From positions 1,762,768-1,826,767 of the forward strand of contig CAVNZM010000003.1 in NCBI GenBank assembly GCA_963693365.1: a DNA stretch of 64,000 bases, read 5' to 3'. Below the pieces are notes generated by a model, which was given only the letters and a program-made list of their open reading frames with translations, was not told the DNA's origin and did no database searches. This DNA is from Amoebidium appalachense. Its lineage: Eukaryota; Protista; Ichthyosporea. Positions 32,126 to 64,000 of this stretch are shown here, piece after piece. Position numbers and translations under genes: made by a program. Position 1 is the first letter of the stretch, and each line of letters starts with the position of its first letter.

Positions 32126-32549
32126 GCCCAGAGAGGTTTTCTGTGTGTGCGTTTATTTAGACGTGTATGTGTGAAAACGGGACGTGTATGAGTAGAAAGT
32201 GTGTGGGTTTAAAATTTATGTGTTGATAGCATCTGGGTATAAAGGAGAAAAAGAAAGACGAGGAGAGGAAGAGAAAAACAGAAAGAGGAAGGAGGGTGAG
32301 GGGGGGGCGTGGATGTCGGGGAGGGGGAGGAGAGAGGGAGGTAGGGATCGAGGCAGGGAGAGATGGGTTAGAGAGATGGGAGCTCAGTAAGTTACGGAGA
32401 GAAGGATGGAGGGAGAGAGACAGGGAGTAAGAAAAAAAGAGACGGTGTATGTATTTGTTGGTCCTGGTGTGTGATATCATAATGAAAATCTCAAGTAATG
32501 ATTCTTTCGAGGATTCATTGAGGATTTCGAGGAGACGCACATGCACTCA

Positions 32550-33560
32550 TGACGTAAGAGTCACTAGGATCAAGTGCCACCTGCCATATATGGCAGGTGT
32601 GAGTAATAAGAACTTGAGGAGGCTCAAAGGTGGCTCACCAATCAAGAAGCTCCACATATAGCTTGTTTTGGAAACCAGTGCTTTTAGTTTCGCCAGCCCT
32701 GGGCCCTGAGAATGCTGAGATGCAAGGTGAAGCTTATTTATGACTAGTAGACTCTCGCAGACGCAAACCACCGTTCTGGTTTGCGTCTCGCAGACGCAAA
32801 CCAAGATTACTTCGGTCTTCTAATGTCTTGTCAATAAAAAATTGATTGGAAGTACGAGCCAAAAGTTCAAGTGTGACTGTTTGAGGCTTACCTACCTTAT
32901 ACTGAAGCAGGCCGGTGACGATGTCGATCGACGCTCACTTTCCTCCAGGCAGGCATTAAATATTTCTATCTCTGATTGGTTTATGTAAACCAATCACAAT
33001 GTTCTAGCATCTTGCAGTTTGGACACTATGTGATAACCACGTGAGCTCCTGATTGGGCCCTCACAGAGGGTAATAGTACTGTAGCTGCACTAAATAGCAG
33101 CCCTTATTCAAGAGTATGTGTTCGAGTGATTTGAGATGGTTCATAGTAAACAAAAGCATATCTAATAATATATCGTATACTGCAATTATAGATTGGTTAG
33201 GTGAAAGAGTTTTTACAGTGTTGCTTACAAAGGTGTGGAGTTGTGTGACCGCCTGTGGCATCCGTGTGACGTGACTGACGTCACGATCAGTTCTAACTAC
33301 TATTGGTGAAATATCATGCACATATTTAGCATACAAGATTCCAGGAGATGCATATAAAACAATCATCCAGGGCATCTGGAACTTCATTCTACAACTGACA
33401 TGATCGGATCAGCTCGGAACGTAAAACTGAAAAGTGAATGAAACAAACGGGACCCTTGGAAAACGACTCAGCGTACGCGTACCGTAACTTGAAGGGTTGT
33501 AAAAGCCACTTTTTAAAAATTTCAAAAAATATCAAACGTCAATAACTTTTCATCAACCTC
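32550..33560. promoter_or_regulatory. Probable bidirectional promoter region between the methyltransferase (-) and the orphan gene (+)
   Basis: Microsatellite-free interval between divergent starts. It carries several CCAAT/ATTGG boxes (about 32638, 32844, 32975, 32990, 33053, 33192, 33302) and CRE-like TGACGTGA/TGACGTCA (33267-33283). Confidence 0.45.
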
Positions 33561-33618
33561 TTTCTATTACTAAATAGGAACTTCACACCTGCATAGCTGG
33601 CACCCACAACAATTGAAA

Positions 33619-36733
<3,115 letters not shown>

Positions 36734-37272
36734 GAATTTCCAGTTTGGACCCCCCCCCCCCACCCAGGCCCACACCAATCGTTGAAACGCAATGCTAGAA
36801 GAACGAGGAGTTCTTTTTTGGTCGACGGGCGTGTTTTTGGAGCAAGGGCCGCTTTAGGCCACTTCAACCAACCGCAAATGTTTTAGGTGGATAGTTAGCT
36901 ATGTTTATAGTATCAGAATTATGTGGTGATTTTTTTTTAAGTTCGTTTGTCTTGCTGCATACACTATCCATATGGAAGGTATGTGTGCATGGGTACCCAC
37001 GGTGCTATCAGACTGATGGCCTACTACTATGTTTCTCACTGCTATCATCCCTTGTTTTTCACGCAAATGTCTATTTAAAATAGGTTAAAACTTGACAACA
37101 CTTTTCTTTTGGGTGTGATCCTCTGGCCCTTGGCTGTAGCTGAAAATCCCACCTGGCGGAACAAGTTGGGGAATATCGCGCGCAACATTTTTTCTTTCTT
37201 TTCCCCCCTCTTTTTCTTTCTTTCTTTCTTTTGCGACGTGTCTTTTGCTTGTGTGGGCACTTAGCCGTGAAC

Positions 37273-37321
<49 letters not shown>

Positions 37322-37935
37322 TGCCTGCATGATTTTCTGTTGCAAGCGCAAATTTTATACCTGCAGCGTTTCTGGAGGCCTCGATTATTTTGGGTTTGTG
37401 TGGCACCGTTATTGATTTTCCACCAGCTATGTGCGATTTTAATAAGCAGGAGCAGAGTCTATTCTACGCCCAGAATTTAGGGGCCCACTACTAGGCTAGA
37501 GTCTTGCTGTATATGGTAATTATGTTTTTGATGTGTAGGGATTTGCCAATATCGAAGGACTAAGCATATATGATTATGGTTTTTTGCGCAAAAATGGATT
37601 GGGGTACATGAGTATACTTGGTTATGTTGCTTCTATAAATAAGTATTCCTAAATTGTACAATCTTGTGCCGAACTGTATCTCTGCTACCTGACACAGAAC
37701 TTGGCATCCTGACCCACTCAGCGTGGTATACAACCACTTATATGTGTAGTTATACTTATCATTGATACAATAGTATTTCGCTATTTAGGGTGTACATATA
37801 TGCACTGCCAGTTAAGTGGCCACGAATCTTTGCCATGTTGAGGCATGATAAATAAACGGAGGTGCCACATGGAATTTGCATGGGAGAGAACTCTGCTTTT
37901 TGTCAGTCATCTGTTCCTTTTCCGAATCTCTCTCT

Positions 37936-38005
<70 letters not shown>

Positions 38006-38100
38006 CCTCCCCCCACGCAGCTGGTCTCTCAAAAGCCCCCGGCTAATTTGCATTCATCCCTCCTCCCCCCTCCTCCCAGCTCCTCCCCATTCCGCCCGTT

Positions 38101-38136
<36 letters not shown>

Positions 38137-38320
38137 ATGGGGGGAGGGGAAAGAGGGGAGGCGGGGGGAGGGGAGGAGGAGAGAAGCAAGAGAGGGAGCG
38201 AGGGAGGGAGGGAGGGAGGTGGAGGGAGAGGGAGAGGACGAAGGGGAGCTGGAGGGTGAGGGGGATGGGGAGGGAGGAGGAGGGGGAGGGGAAGGGAGGA
38301 TGGGGGGGGGGGGGGGGGGA

Positions 38321-38351
<31 letters not shown>

Positions 38352-38962
38352 AGGAAGGGAGATGATGCCTCATGAGATGAATGGGCAGATGGGGAAGTTG
38401 CCGAGCAGTGGAACTTAGATGATACTACACGGGGCAAAAAAACAAAATAAAAAAAATAAAAAATGACATTACCCGACATGTACCAGGTGACAGCCCGAAT
38501 AATGCCAAAAGCCACCTATAACATATTTGTGCGTGGTCTAAAGTTGATACCTTGGCAAACCACGTGTTATGCCCGAGTTACATAGGCCGTCTGTTATTCG
38601 GGATTTCTACTAGCCATATATGGAAAATGTAGGTGCTCTTCGATTGGATAATGTGGTAGGCCGGCTCACTGCGAAGCTATATAAACGAGGGCCTCGGTCG
38701 ACCACAAACAGCTACCTGACACTCCGAGCAAGTCAAGACACTCTCAGAATTACCTGTGTGTCAGACACAGAAGCCGAAAGAAAATCACCCAACTTTCCTT
38801 TAATCCCAGCACCACTCCCTCTCCTAGTCTATCCCTCAACCCGTACATCATAGAGCCCAATACCCCTATGCAAGCGTACTCCACCCACCCACACGATGCA
38901 CACGCACATGCACGTCACACTCACACTCACAGACACTTCTGTGCACTCACACATACACACAC

Positions 38963-39157
38963 CATGAACACAGTTCTTTCTGGCTCTGGCGTCTGATGAG
39001 TGCGCAGGCGGTCCCACGACATTCTGGTCTTGCGGTTCGACACGGTACGGAAACAGTTGAGATGGTGTTGGTACATGTCGAGTGGATTCAGCAGTTGGAT
39101 GCCGTTAGGCCGACGGGGATATGTTACTGTTAAATTGCCATAAGGGACGTGGTTTTG
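38963..39157 (-). other. Possible isolated exon (65 codons), unassigned
   Basis: Stop-free frame QNHVPYGNLTVTYPRRPNGIQLLNPLDMYQHHLNCFRTVSNRKTRMSWDRLRTHQTPEPERTVFM between CTGCAG| and |GTGTGT. No recognisable domain and no clear partner exon. Confidence 0.2.
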
Positions 39158-39255
39158 CTGCAGGTTGGTAGGCTATCGGCTAAAGTTTTCTCTTTGTGTG
39201 GGTTGTGAAAAAAATTTCGAATTCTTAGAGAGGGGGCGGGCGGGGGGCGGGGGCC

Positions 39256-39326
<71 letters not shown>

Positions 39327-40077
39327 CTGAAGCGCCTACCGACTCAACTCAATGTATCAACATCGTGCAGGTGTATTTCGGAATTGATATTTAAGAAGGC
39401 GGATTGTTTTTGATATTTGATTTTTTTTTGTGTTACAGCAATACAATACTTGCCAACCAATCTAGTACTTGTTCAGTCTTGAAGGGTGACTTCCTTCACG
39501 GACGAACTGTCATTTGTGGATAGGTGTACGAGAACGGTTGGATATAGGGGCCATTCACTATGAAGTCTCACTTGCTAGCTCTAGATTTTTGGATAACATT
39601 TAGGACTTCAGGGGTTACCGAGAAAAAGGGGGGGGGGGGGGGGGGGGGCTGTCTCCCTGTAACTCTAGGGTGAACTGGAACCCTGAAAGGGTCTGGCAGG
39701 CATTTTTTTTTTTTTTTTTTAGCTTCTCGATGAAAGGAATGGAAGACTTTCGAGGTTCTATTAAGTATTACAAGATGTTTTATTGAACGGGACACTCCAT
39801 TGACTTTTAATAATTATCGCCAGATTTTTTCTTCAAACAAAACCCATTGTGCCAGTGGGTGTAAACATATACGTGCCACAAGTCAGCACTCAGAAAGGGT
39901 GTGTATGTTTATATCGGAGTGTGACATGTGCAGCGATGCGCACACATCCTTGCATTTATCAACAGTGTCCTTTCGTGCGCGTGGGTGTGTACGTGTGTCG
40001 TGTTGTGTGTGTGTGCGTGTATGTGATTGCTGTGTTGTGCCGTGTTTGTGTGTGACAATATGTGTGAGTGAGCGAGT

Positions 40078-40151
<74 letters not shown>

Positions 40152-40516
40152 TGTGTCATGGTGTATGTCACTTTGAAAATAAAAAGCCAACACATGTATA
40201 AGCAACGGTAATTAAACAGGATTCGTAAAATCTTTATAAGTTTACGCCATGCATTTTAAAAATGTCAAACGGATCGTATTTTCTTCCTCCGTTTAAAGAC
40301 GAAGAAAGGGAAGAGCCCATAATTTCTGAACATGGGAATTGCGCACTTTCTAATTAAGGGGATCACACCATATATACACAAATCCAATCATCCCGTGGCA
40401 CTCTGACGTCAATATAATGTTAACGTGAGGACCTTTGCCGTGTGCATGTGTGTGCTTTCACATACAAAAAAGCATTCACTTACGAACAAAATCTAACGGA
40501 AAAAACAGAAGCCAAG

Positions 40517-40550
<34 letters not shown>

Positions 40551-40626
40551 ACACCACCACCACCACCCACCCACCCACCCACCCACCCACCCACACCCAC
40601 ACCCACGCACCCACACACGCACACGC

Positions 40627-40675
<49 letters not shown>

Positions 40676-40840
40676 AGCTGACCCATCGACCCAACATCCC
40701 AAGGCACCGAAAAAAAGTAATCTACATTCGAATCAGTACGTCTACCACATGCGTCACCTGTTTACATCAGATTCTCTCTTCTAAATATAAGGCATAAAAA
40801 AGGGCTCATCTCGCATACTTTATAAATATTTTTACAGAAA

Positions 40841-55000
<14,160 letters not shown>

Positions 55001-55451
55001 GGCTCAAGGACGTTCGGCACGCCCCAGGCCCACCCTGAATACCTCGAAAATGTCTACCTCTATAACTTCTGTGTGTGTGTGTGGTTGAAAGGGGGATGGG
55101 TAAGGAGGGGGGATGTATGGTCAGTGAAATGCAAATTTATTGGCTAAGGGCAAAGGGCTGCTTTGCCTGTATCTCTTTGTGTGTATCTGTGAAGGGAAAA
55201 GGAGTTGAACGGGGAGGGGGTGGGGGATGGGTGGGGGTGGGGGTGGGGGGGGATAAAGACGGCCCATACCCGTTAGCCGTCAGGCAAGAAATTTGATGAT
55301 GAATCACATGATGCAGGTAGGTGCGGGCACAAAAGCATGCACGCCTAAAAGCACCCGTGCGCACAGATACACGCAGAGGGGCTCTCACACGCGTGTTTAC
55401 ACGAACACAGGGAAGCTTGCCTACATGCACATACACACGCACACACACACA

Positions 55452-55528
<77 letters not shown>

Positions 55529-55544
55529 ACACACACACACACAG

Positions 55545-55591
<47 letters not shown>

Positions 55592-55929
55592 CATACACAC
55601 ACACGCGCGCGCGCGTGCGTAAAAACTTCACACACGTAAGCAGGCACAATCACCTAGAGGCTCTCCCCTTACTACTAGTAGGAGAAGAGGCCCTACTATT
55701 TTCAGGTACGACTCAAAGAAATGGATCTAGGTCGTTTCTGTAGAAAAGCCACACATCCAAATGTGCCCTCGCATGTTCGCAGTGCCACAAGCTACGAATG
55801 CACGTGTACCCACTACATATCATACCACAGGCACATTGGGATGCCCCCTCCCCCCCCCCCCCCCCCCCCCCCCCACCCCCACCCCCACCCCCTCCCTCCC
55901 CATTTACACGAATGCACAAGAGTGTGCAT

Positions 55930-56088
<159 letters not shown>

Positions 56089-57950
56089 GAACATAATCAT
56101 GCACACAGCGACACACACAAATTCAGCTGTACCCACGGCATATGCGATATATCCACACAGCTATGCTACAGAGCACACGAGGCCAGCTCAGTTTACGTTA
56201 AGTCAACATGAAAGGATGTGCTGGTCATGAAGACACCACACCACACATTTACACCTGTACATCTTTTACTGTCATTACCAGACCGAAACTTAGCGATTTC
56301 ACAAGGCTAACTCCACTCTTGCAACCATTTCGGCTAAAAATCAGTAATAGTGTAAATCACGTACCTTTTGTGCGCAGAAAACAAAGTAGAGCATGTCGAT
56401 CGAGCCGTGCTTTCTTCAATGATTTCTATTCAAAGCCCCCAAAAGGACAGACCGTGCAGGCGACCTCCGCCAATTTCCTTTCCACAGGAAAAGAGTATCA
56501 AAAATGTGTTACTATCTTAAGAAATTTATTTTGCTTAGCTTCAAAAGTGGTCAGCTATAGACACCTATAGTGGGCTGCTCTCAATGTGGTCATGCATTCA
56601 CAAACATCACATTCAAGGCACAGCTGCTTTTGGAAAATCGCGCCAACTTGACCAGGGTAAAATTCAGAATGAACAACGGTTCAATGGACATGAAGCACCA
56701 ACACTTCTCGGTTAACAATCTAAAGCTTCCTTATAAAATCTATCCTTTTTTGACTTCCATTACCAAACATCAACTCTCAATAATTCTCTTTTCCAAGTGG
56801 GACTGCCAGTGTCGACGTCACAGGCCCGGACGTCAAGTGCCTCTAAGCCTCAGCCTGCTACGTCATCACAGCCAGGCCAAAGCGATACAAATAGTAACAC
56901 ATTTATAATTATAAGTCTTTGAAGCTATTTTTGGTGCTTTGGCCCTTCTGGCTTTGGATTCTGTGAGCCACTACGTAATCACTGCGCGATGATTGGCTTA
57001 GCACGCAACACCCGCAGAGGAGTGCAAAATCACCGTCATCCAGGGATGACTGAACTTCTGAAGATAAAAGTGACACCAACGGTTTTTCAAGCTTCAAGAG
57101 GCTCCCGTTGTGCATGCTCGTTGAACCATGTTCTTGTGAAGGGAACCAAAAAAAAAAGCAAACTAATAATATATAATAAAGTACAGTACACGTCGACTTT
57201 CAATGCTGGGAGTTAACATCTAACCCAGCTACCAAACAAAATCGCTTATCATATTAATTATTTACTCTGCCCTTGTGTAAGACTCTGTTGGTTTTCTTCT
57301 TATCACAAACACCGTTAACATCAAAACTTTCCCTATGAACAACCCGGGTTATAATCCCATTCTGGAGGGCATCATGGAGCACCTGGGCAATGACCCTAAC
57401 GCCAAACCCAACGCGGATCTTATGCTTCAGATTCTGAAAGGTCAAGAGATGAACGGGATGACTTCTTTGCTGGAGGGCACCAAAATTAACTCCGAGGGGG
57501 TTGGACCATGCATGAAGAAAAGACAACCGGATAGCGAAAACAAGAAACACGGTATGGACCAGCTCGACTGAGAGAAAACGAAAATCTTAGTAGGCATGCC
57601 ATCAAACTTCTTTGCGGTTCACTTTTGTAACTGAAGCTCAAGATTTAGATGCATCATATCGATGTAAATACTACAGCCAATATAAATAAGAGCACTTTTT
57701 TTTAATCTTTTCCAACAGAATTTCCGGTTGTCTTTTGCTGTTACTTGCCCCGGCACAGCGAGCCCGGGGGGGGGGGGGGGGGAGGGGGGGGGGGGGGAGG
57801 ACGATGACTCCGCAGGGAATGCCATTCAACAATAAAAGGGATAGAGAAGGATGGTGCAGAGTTCTGGACGCTGCTAGGGTACTTTTGGCGCTGGTGTGGT
57901 GGGTGCCTGCTCCCCAAACCCCCGGGTCCGCCGCCAGGGGGGCGGGTGGG

Positions 57951-57981
<31 letters not shown>

Positions 57982-58202
57982 AGAGGGGGGATAGAAGGTC
58001 GATTTCGCACTTTCCGCTCCGTTCTCTCTCCCTCCCTCTCTCTCACTCTCTCTCCGAGTCTTTCTCTCTGACTCGCCGACGATCTCTCTCTCCCCCCCCC
58101 CCCCCCCCCCCTCCCCTTCCCCCCCCCCCCCCTCCCACTTCCCCCAGTCCACCAGTCCACAGGGAGGTTGGCTGTATGGCAAAAGGGGGAGGGGGAGAGG
58201 GG

Positions 58203-58238
<36 letters not shown>

Positions 58239-59195
58239 CGGAGGGGAGGAGAAGGAGGAACAGGGGACCGACCCGTTGGGAACTCTGTAGTAAAAGCCTG
58301 GTCAGGGTGAAGAGGGGCAGAGATTGGTGACAGGGAATGGTTTCAGGAGAACGGAAGTGAGAAAAGGAGCAGGTGGGATGTGCAAGGAAGAAGGGCAGGG
58401 GGGGGGGGGGGGGGGGGGGGTAACCGTGATAACTAGTCCCTTGGCATTGTGGTCACGTGATGAAATGTGCTGCAATCTGGACTGTTAGTCTGTGCCAGAG
58501 CCTAATACGACTGACTCAAAACGGGGGGGGGGGGGGGGGGGGAGGGGGGCCACACACACGGACACAGACCCACTCACACAAACAAATACACGAACACACG
58601 CGCGCGCGCTTCCACACGTGCGCGGTCGCCTCCACACACAAACACACTCATGCCGCATGCACACATAGAACGGCTAATGCTTCCACACCCACACCCGCTG
58701 TGACCCACACGAATGTTTTCACATACACTTCCATACACACTCGCACGCACTCACACAGAAACCATGTGTACACTATCATATAGAGAAACAAGAGAAGAGA
58801 GGGAGGGACGGAGAGAGGAAGGGGAAATAGAAGGGATGGAAAGTGGTAGAGCGAGAGACATGGACAGACATACACTCCGCCACACACTCACGCGCGGACA
58901 TAGAGTTTCTTTCGCCACACGATTAATAATAGGTTCCCCCTCCCCATCCTTCTGCGAGCCCCTCCTCCTTCCCCTCACTCTTCCTCAGGTTAAGTCCTCC
59001 GTACCCCCCCCCCCCCCCCCCTCCCCCCGCGCCCCCAGGGCCTCCCCCCCTCCCCCCTCCCCCCAAAACACGTACACACACACAAAACGCTTTTGAGCTG
59101 AACACCTCCCCCGAGTCCCTCTCTCCTCCTCTTCCTCTCCGCTTTCTCCCGGGCCCCCTCCAAAAGCTTTTGAGCTAACCATGTACCTACCCCCG

Positions 59196-59232
<37 letters not shown>

Positions 59233-60668
59233 CAAAAAAAAAAAAAAAAAAAAAGACACGCCCACACCCAAACGAAAGTATTGACCCCCCATACGTTCGC
59301 ATTCTTTAAAGTTCCTTCCAGAGACTTCCCCGGCACCAGCCTGACACACGCTTTTTGGCTTAAGGAAATAAAAAACGCATGTAGCCTGTTTGGGGCCCAA
59401 ATTTCCATAGTTGTGCAAAATCTACTGTACGACTGTTACAAACTGGTGTCTCACGGTATACTAAAACACACATACACACGCACACACACATACACGCACC
59501 CGCACACGCACACGCACACACACGCGCGCGCGCACGCACGCACGCACGCACGCACGGACGCACGCACACTAGCACGTAGACAAGTGCCCCTGCGCCACTG
59601 TACACAGTGGCATGCCAGCTATTCCGGATCTAACTGCTGGAATGCATTTTATCTTTCTTATCACGATATGATTGGATGCAAAGTCTCACCTTTTTATCAA
59701 CCAGCAATAGTCTTTTGATAGTGACGTCACTTACTCAAACCGCTGCCTGAAGTTTGGCCATCACATCTGTGATAATGCAACCTGGGGTATCCTTATCGAA
59801 AGACCTTCAGACGTTTGGAACGTGCCACGATTGAACCACGTTGTCACCTGTGAACTGTACATTTGAAGTCTCCCTCTAAGCTTGGGCCACTGCTCTGAAA
59901 CGTTTCAGCACAACGAGACAATTGCAACAGCCCAGTTTCCACCACCCGAGTCACTATTTTAGTACTTCAATACTCTAATATTTTCTAGTTGACGAGTGCA
60001 GATCTTTACAAACCATTTCGCCTGTGGTTTCTTGGTGCATAAGCACCCACCACTTTCCCATATGGCATCATGTGGTAGGTTATCTACCACCGTAACAAGA
60101 AGAGGCGTGCAGCGCAGAATAACCCCTCAAACACACAGACTACTGCTTCTACTTTTATGTCCAGTACTAACAGTTGTTCTAGAGATGGGTTTTCAGGAGG
60201 ACAAGCGCGCAGAAGAGTTCTCTCAAGATGTAGATGAAGCAAGTGTAACAAATAAGAAATGTTGCTTGGAATGGCACAGGCACACAGCTTCCAAGGTTTA
60301 ACTTTTGATGGAGGATCCACCCAAAATAGATCGCTGCTGTGCACTGGGTACACCGCCGAAGTATTCGTGGGTAAAGAGAGAGGGGGGGGGAAGGAGGGGG
60401 GAGAGAGAGAGGGGGGGGCCGGGGGGGGGGGGGGGGGGGGAAGTAGGGGGGGAAGATAGAGGGATGGAGGTGGGGAGGGAGCGGGGCGAGAGGGGAGCGA
60501 GAGATAGACTCCGAGAAACACACACTAAGAGAATGCGTGAAGAAGGGAAGGAGGGACCGAGGGACTAAAGAGAGAGGGCGGAGGGAGGGACAGGAAAGGA
60601 AGAGGGAGGGGGTAAGAGGGGCTCACGAGCGTGGTAAGCAAGGGAACTGCTTGGGTGTGTTGTTGTGG

Positions 60669-60711
<43 letters not shown>

Positions 60712-60733
60712 GGCGTGGAGGGGCGGGGTGGGG

Positions 60734-60770
<37 letters not shown>

Positions 60771-60794
60771 CAAGGAAATGAGTGTTGAACACAC

Positions 60795-60987
60795 CTGTCT
60801 GCCTGCAGCTGGCGCCTTTCTGCCTGCAGTCGGTTGGACTCCGCCTCCAGCGCCTCCTCGTGGGCGCACAATTCGCGGGCTTTTTCACAGACTTGCTCCA
60901 ACACAGCAGTTGACAGCAGAGCAACTGCTGCGGTGCGCCTCCGTGGAGGCCAGGAGCTCGCAAAGATGCATATGGACCACTCTGGAT
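60795..60987 (-). CDS. Candidate internal exon of an unresolved minus-strand gene (coiled-coil-like peptide)
   Basis: Open frame PEWSICIFASSWPPRRRTAAVALLSTAVLEQVCEKARELCAHEEALEAESNRLQAERRQLQAD, bounded by TAG| and AG|GTGTGT. Flanking G/TG-rich tracts resemble other minus-strand introns. Partner exons not resolved. Confidence 0.4.
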
Positions 60988-62039
60988 CTACTATTCAAAA
61001 ATCGATCAATTTTTTGCTTCGCTCCAACACCCGAGGTTGGCCGCCATAGGGCCGTCGTTTGTCGGGCTGCCTGGCAGCGGCTCCAGCTGCCCGACGTAGA
61101 AGCTACTTCTAGCAAAGACAAACCCCTTTACGTAACAATATTTGCTTTTTCCTCAAAATGATACACAGATGCTTTTTATTATAGATGATAATTTCTATCG
61201 TCTTAGTTATTTTGGGGTTTGCAGGCTTGTTGCGTTGGGCTTTTTTCTTAGCCATTCGTGATCATGAGGGCATCACACATGCACCGTAGTTAAACATATG
61301 CACAAGTACTACGGGTGTTGAACATTTACTGCCTGCATGGTGCGTTTCTGCCAAATACACTCTCTGGGGGTAGAGTAGGCATGGCGTGTGAACATTATAC
61401 ACACGTACAGCGTGATCATTCAGTCCACCTTTTTGTGGAATGCCCTGTCAGCCATACACATACAGACAACGGGAAGGCGTTTCGGTCGAAAACACATCAA
61501 TGACATGACTGTTTTCCACACCGTCCAACGCAACCAGCAGACTCTGACAGACACCCTGTTGTTCTTTTTGTAATAAATTACTTGTTGCATATATCGTCTC
61601 GTCAAGTATCCCTTGCATCCAAAGGTCACTTGAGTGCAACGTGTTTTGTTGCACAGTGCAGTGTGCAGAGGTAGCACTAGTATCGGTACGAGCCCACTAT
61701 GTACTGCCACTAACATGAAACAAGTCGAATTAGATGCTTGCTACTTAACTGTATTGTTTTTCTTTCTCTTGCTCACGGATAAAAGAAATGCAAACCCGGC
61801 AGCTCTCTTTCTATTCTAAGTCTTTGTACATCTACCCGTCTGTTCTCTCCCTACACAAGATCTGCGCAGAAGCTGCTAATTATATCTAACGTTACGTTGT
61901 CTTGGGCTAGCACTAACCCGGACCGTGGGTGTTTGCAAACCGCCACTGCACCAAAAGAGGCCGGTTAATATACTGTGCCAGTGTGTCGTTTGTTATAACG
62001 TTACACAGGGTAAGTGTGTGTGTGTATTGCGCATGTGTG

Positions 62040-62700
<661 letters not shown>

Positions 62701-62794
62701 ACGCACACGCGTTCAGGTGTGAGTGTATGTCGACGTCAGTGAAGGTGTACGTTGTTATGCTCTCACGGTCCTCTTTCTAGCCTTCCCTCCCGGG

Positions 62795-62832
<38 letters not shown>

Positions 62833-63148
62833 TTCTTTCCCTCCCTCGCCAGGGGCACCTTGTTGCCCCGCCTCTCTTGTAGGTGCCTAGGGAGGGAGGT
62901 GGTGGTGGGGGAGGGAGGAAGGGGGAGGAAGGAAGGCATAAGGAACTTCGGAAAGGGGGGGGGAGGGGGGGGGGGGGGGGGGGGGGGCTGGCGGGCAAAA
63001 GTGGGGTTTGGGTGGGGCGGCTGGGGAAGGTGGGGTCGATATGGAGAAGGTAACAGATCTGTGTAAGAAGTGTTGAAGTGAGCGAGGTCAAGCTGCCTTG
63101 TTTACATGTAGTTATTTGTGTGTTTATGTGTGTGTGTGTGTCACGGTG

Positions 63149-63206
<58 letters not shown>

Positions 63207-63215
63207 CTCTCTCGT

Positions 63216-63255
<40 letters not shown>

Positions 63256-64000
63256 ACTCTGGTGTGTACGTGTGTCTGTGTGTGTGTGTGTGTGTACGAC
63301 ATGTGTGTGTGCGTGTGTGCGTGTGTGCGTGTGTGTGTGTGTGTTTGTGTGTATTTTTGTTTGTATGTGTGTGTGTGTTTCTTACGGCCCGGTGTTCTTG
63401 CCTAAGTTAGTTGTGTAGAGGGGGGACTAGTACGGGCGGGCCTTCCCATGCAGTCAGGGGCGGGCAGGTGGGTGGTTATGGGCAGTGTATAAGTTGAGCA
63501 TGATGGGGGTGGGACAAACTTGAGCCTATGCCTGAACAACCAAGTCATGTTTATTTGGCTTCTTCTGAGTGGTAGCACCAAAACCCCACTGTTTGCACCT
63601 TCTAGAACGGGCGTACAGTGGGACAAGCTCCGGTAACAGGTTTGAGGTGTAGTGGCTTGTTGTCGATGACACAAAAAAAGTTGCAATGACCGGGTTAAAG
63701 TGGTCTCTGCATAACCTTTGGCTCTTATAGGTTCTTTTTCACTCTACTGGGCCACGTCACGGCGTCTTCTAACCATAGTTCCGTGAACCACACACCATAC
63801 CACCACGTCCACAGATCTAGACTCCGGAGGTAGACTGCAGCTCTACTGATGAGCAGGCATGTGCGTGCGGGGCTTTTGATTGTTTAACCAATATTTTAAA
63901 CTGTTGTTATTTGTGTCATATACATTACTCACTACTCTAAAAGTGCGCTTATACTAGCTTAAAGTAGGTTAGATAGAGTCGCTTCAGTTCTTGTAGGTGT

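Noticed and set aside
59089-59200. Short local duplication GCTTTTGAGCT...CC.CCCCCG.GTCCC
   Set aside because: Two degenerate copies only, with no associated structure.

Overview
This is intron-rich eukaryotic nuclear DNA saturated with (CA)n/(TG)n and poly-C/poly-G tracts, so almost all ORFs in the supplied track are repeat artefacts. The organism is possibly a unicellular holozoan-type protist, which is a weak inference. Manual splice reconstruction with consistent intron phases gives four protein genes. (1) The 3' 18 exons of a ClC-1/ClC-2-like CLC anion channel (+, 668-17919), with a ~630-aa linker between the two CBS domains and a tRNA-Glu(TTC) inside one intron. (2) A METTL21/Methyltransf_16-family methyltransferase (-, 32125-26462). 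(3) A divergently transcribed 249-aa orphan with four EE-x-ER-x-RR repeats (+, 33619-36733). (4) A 16-exon choline transporter-like SLC44/CTL gene (-, 55000-40841). The most notable non-coding signal is a degenerate two-module sequence family seen in about 14 introns of all four genes. It always lies on the host gene's sense strand and in the same module order, which suggests an old Introner-like intron-generating element. Other oddities are tandem duplications that copy real splice sites into flanking introns, (CA)n directly replacing the polypyrimidine tract at about 30% of acceptors, and one apparent non-AG acceptor. All alignments were done by eye and no searches were run.
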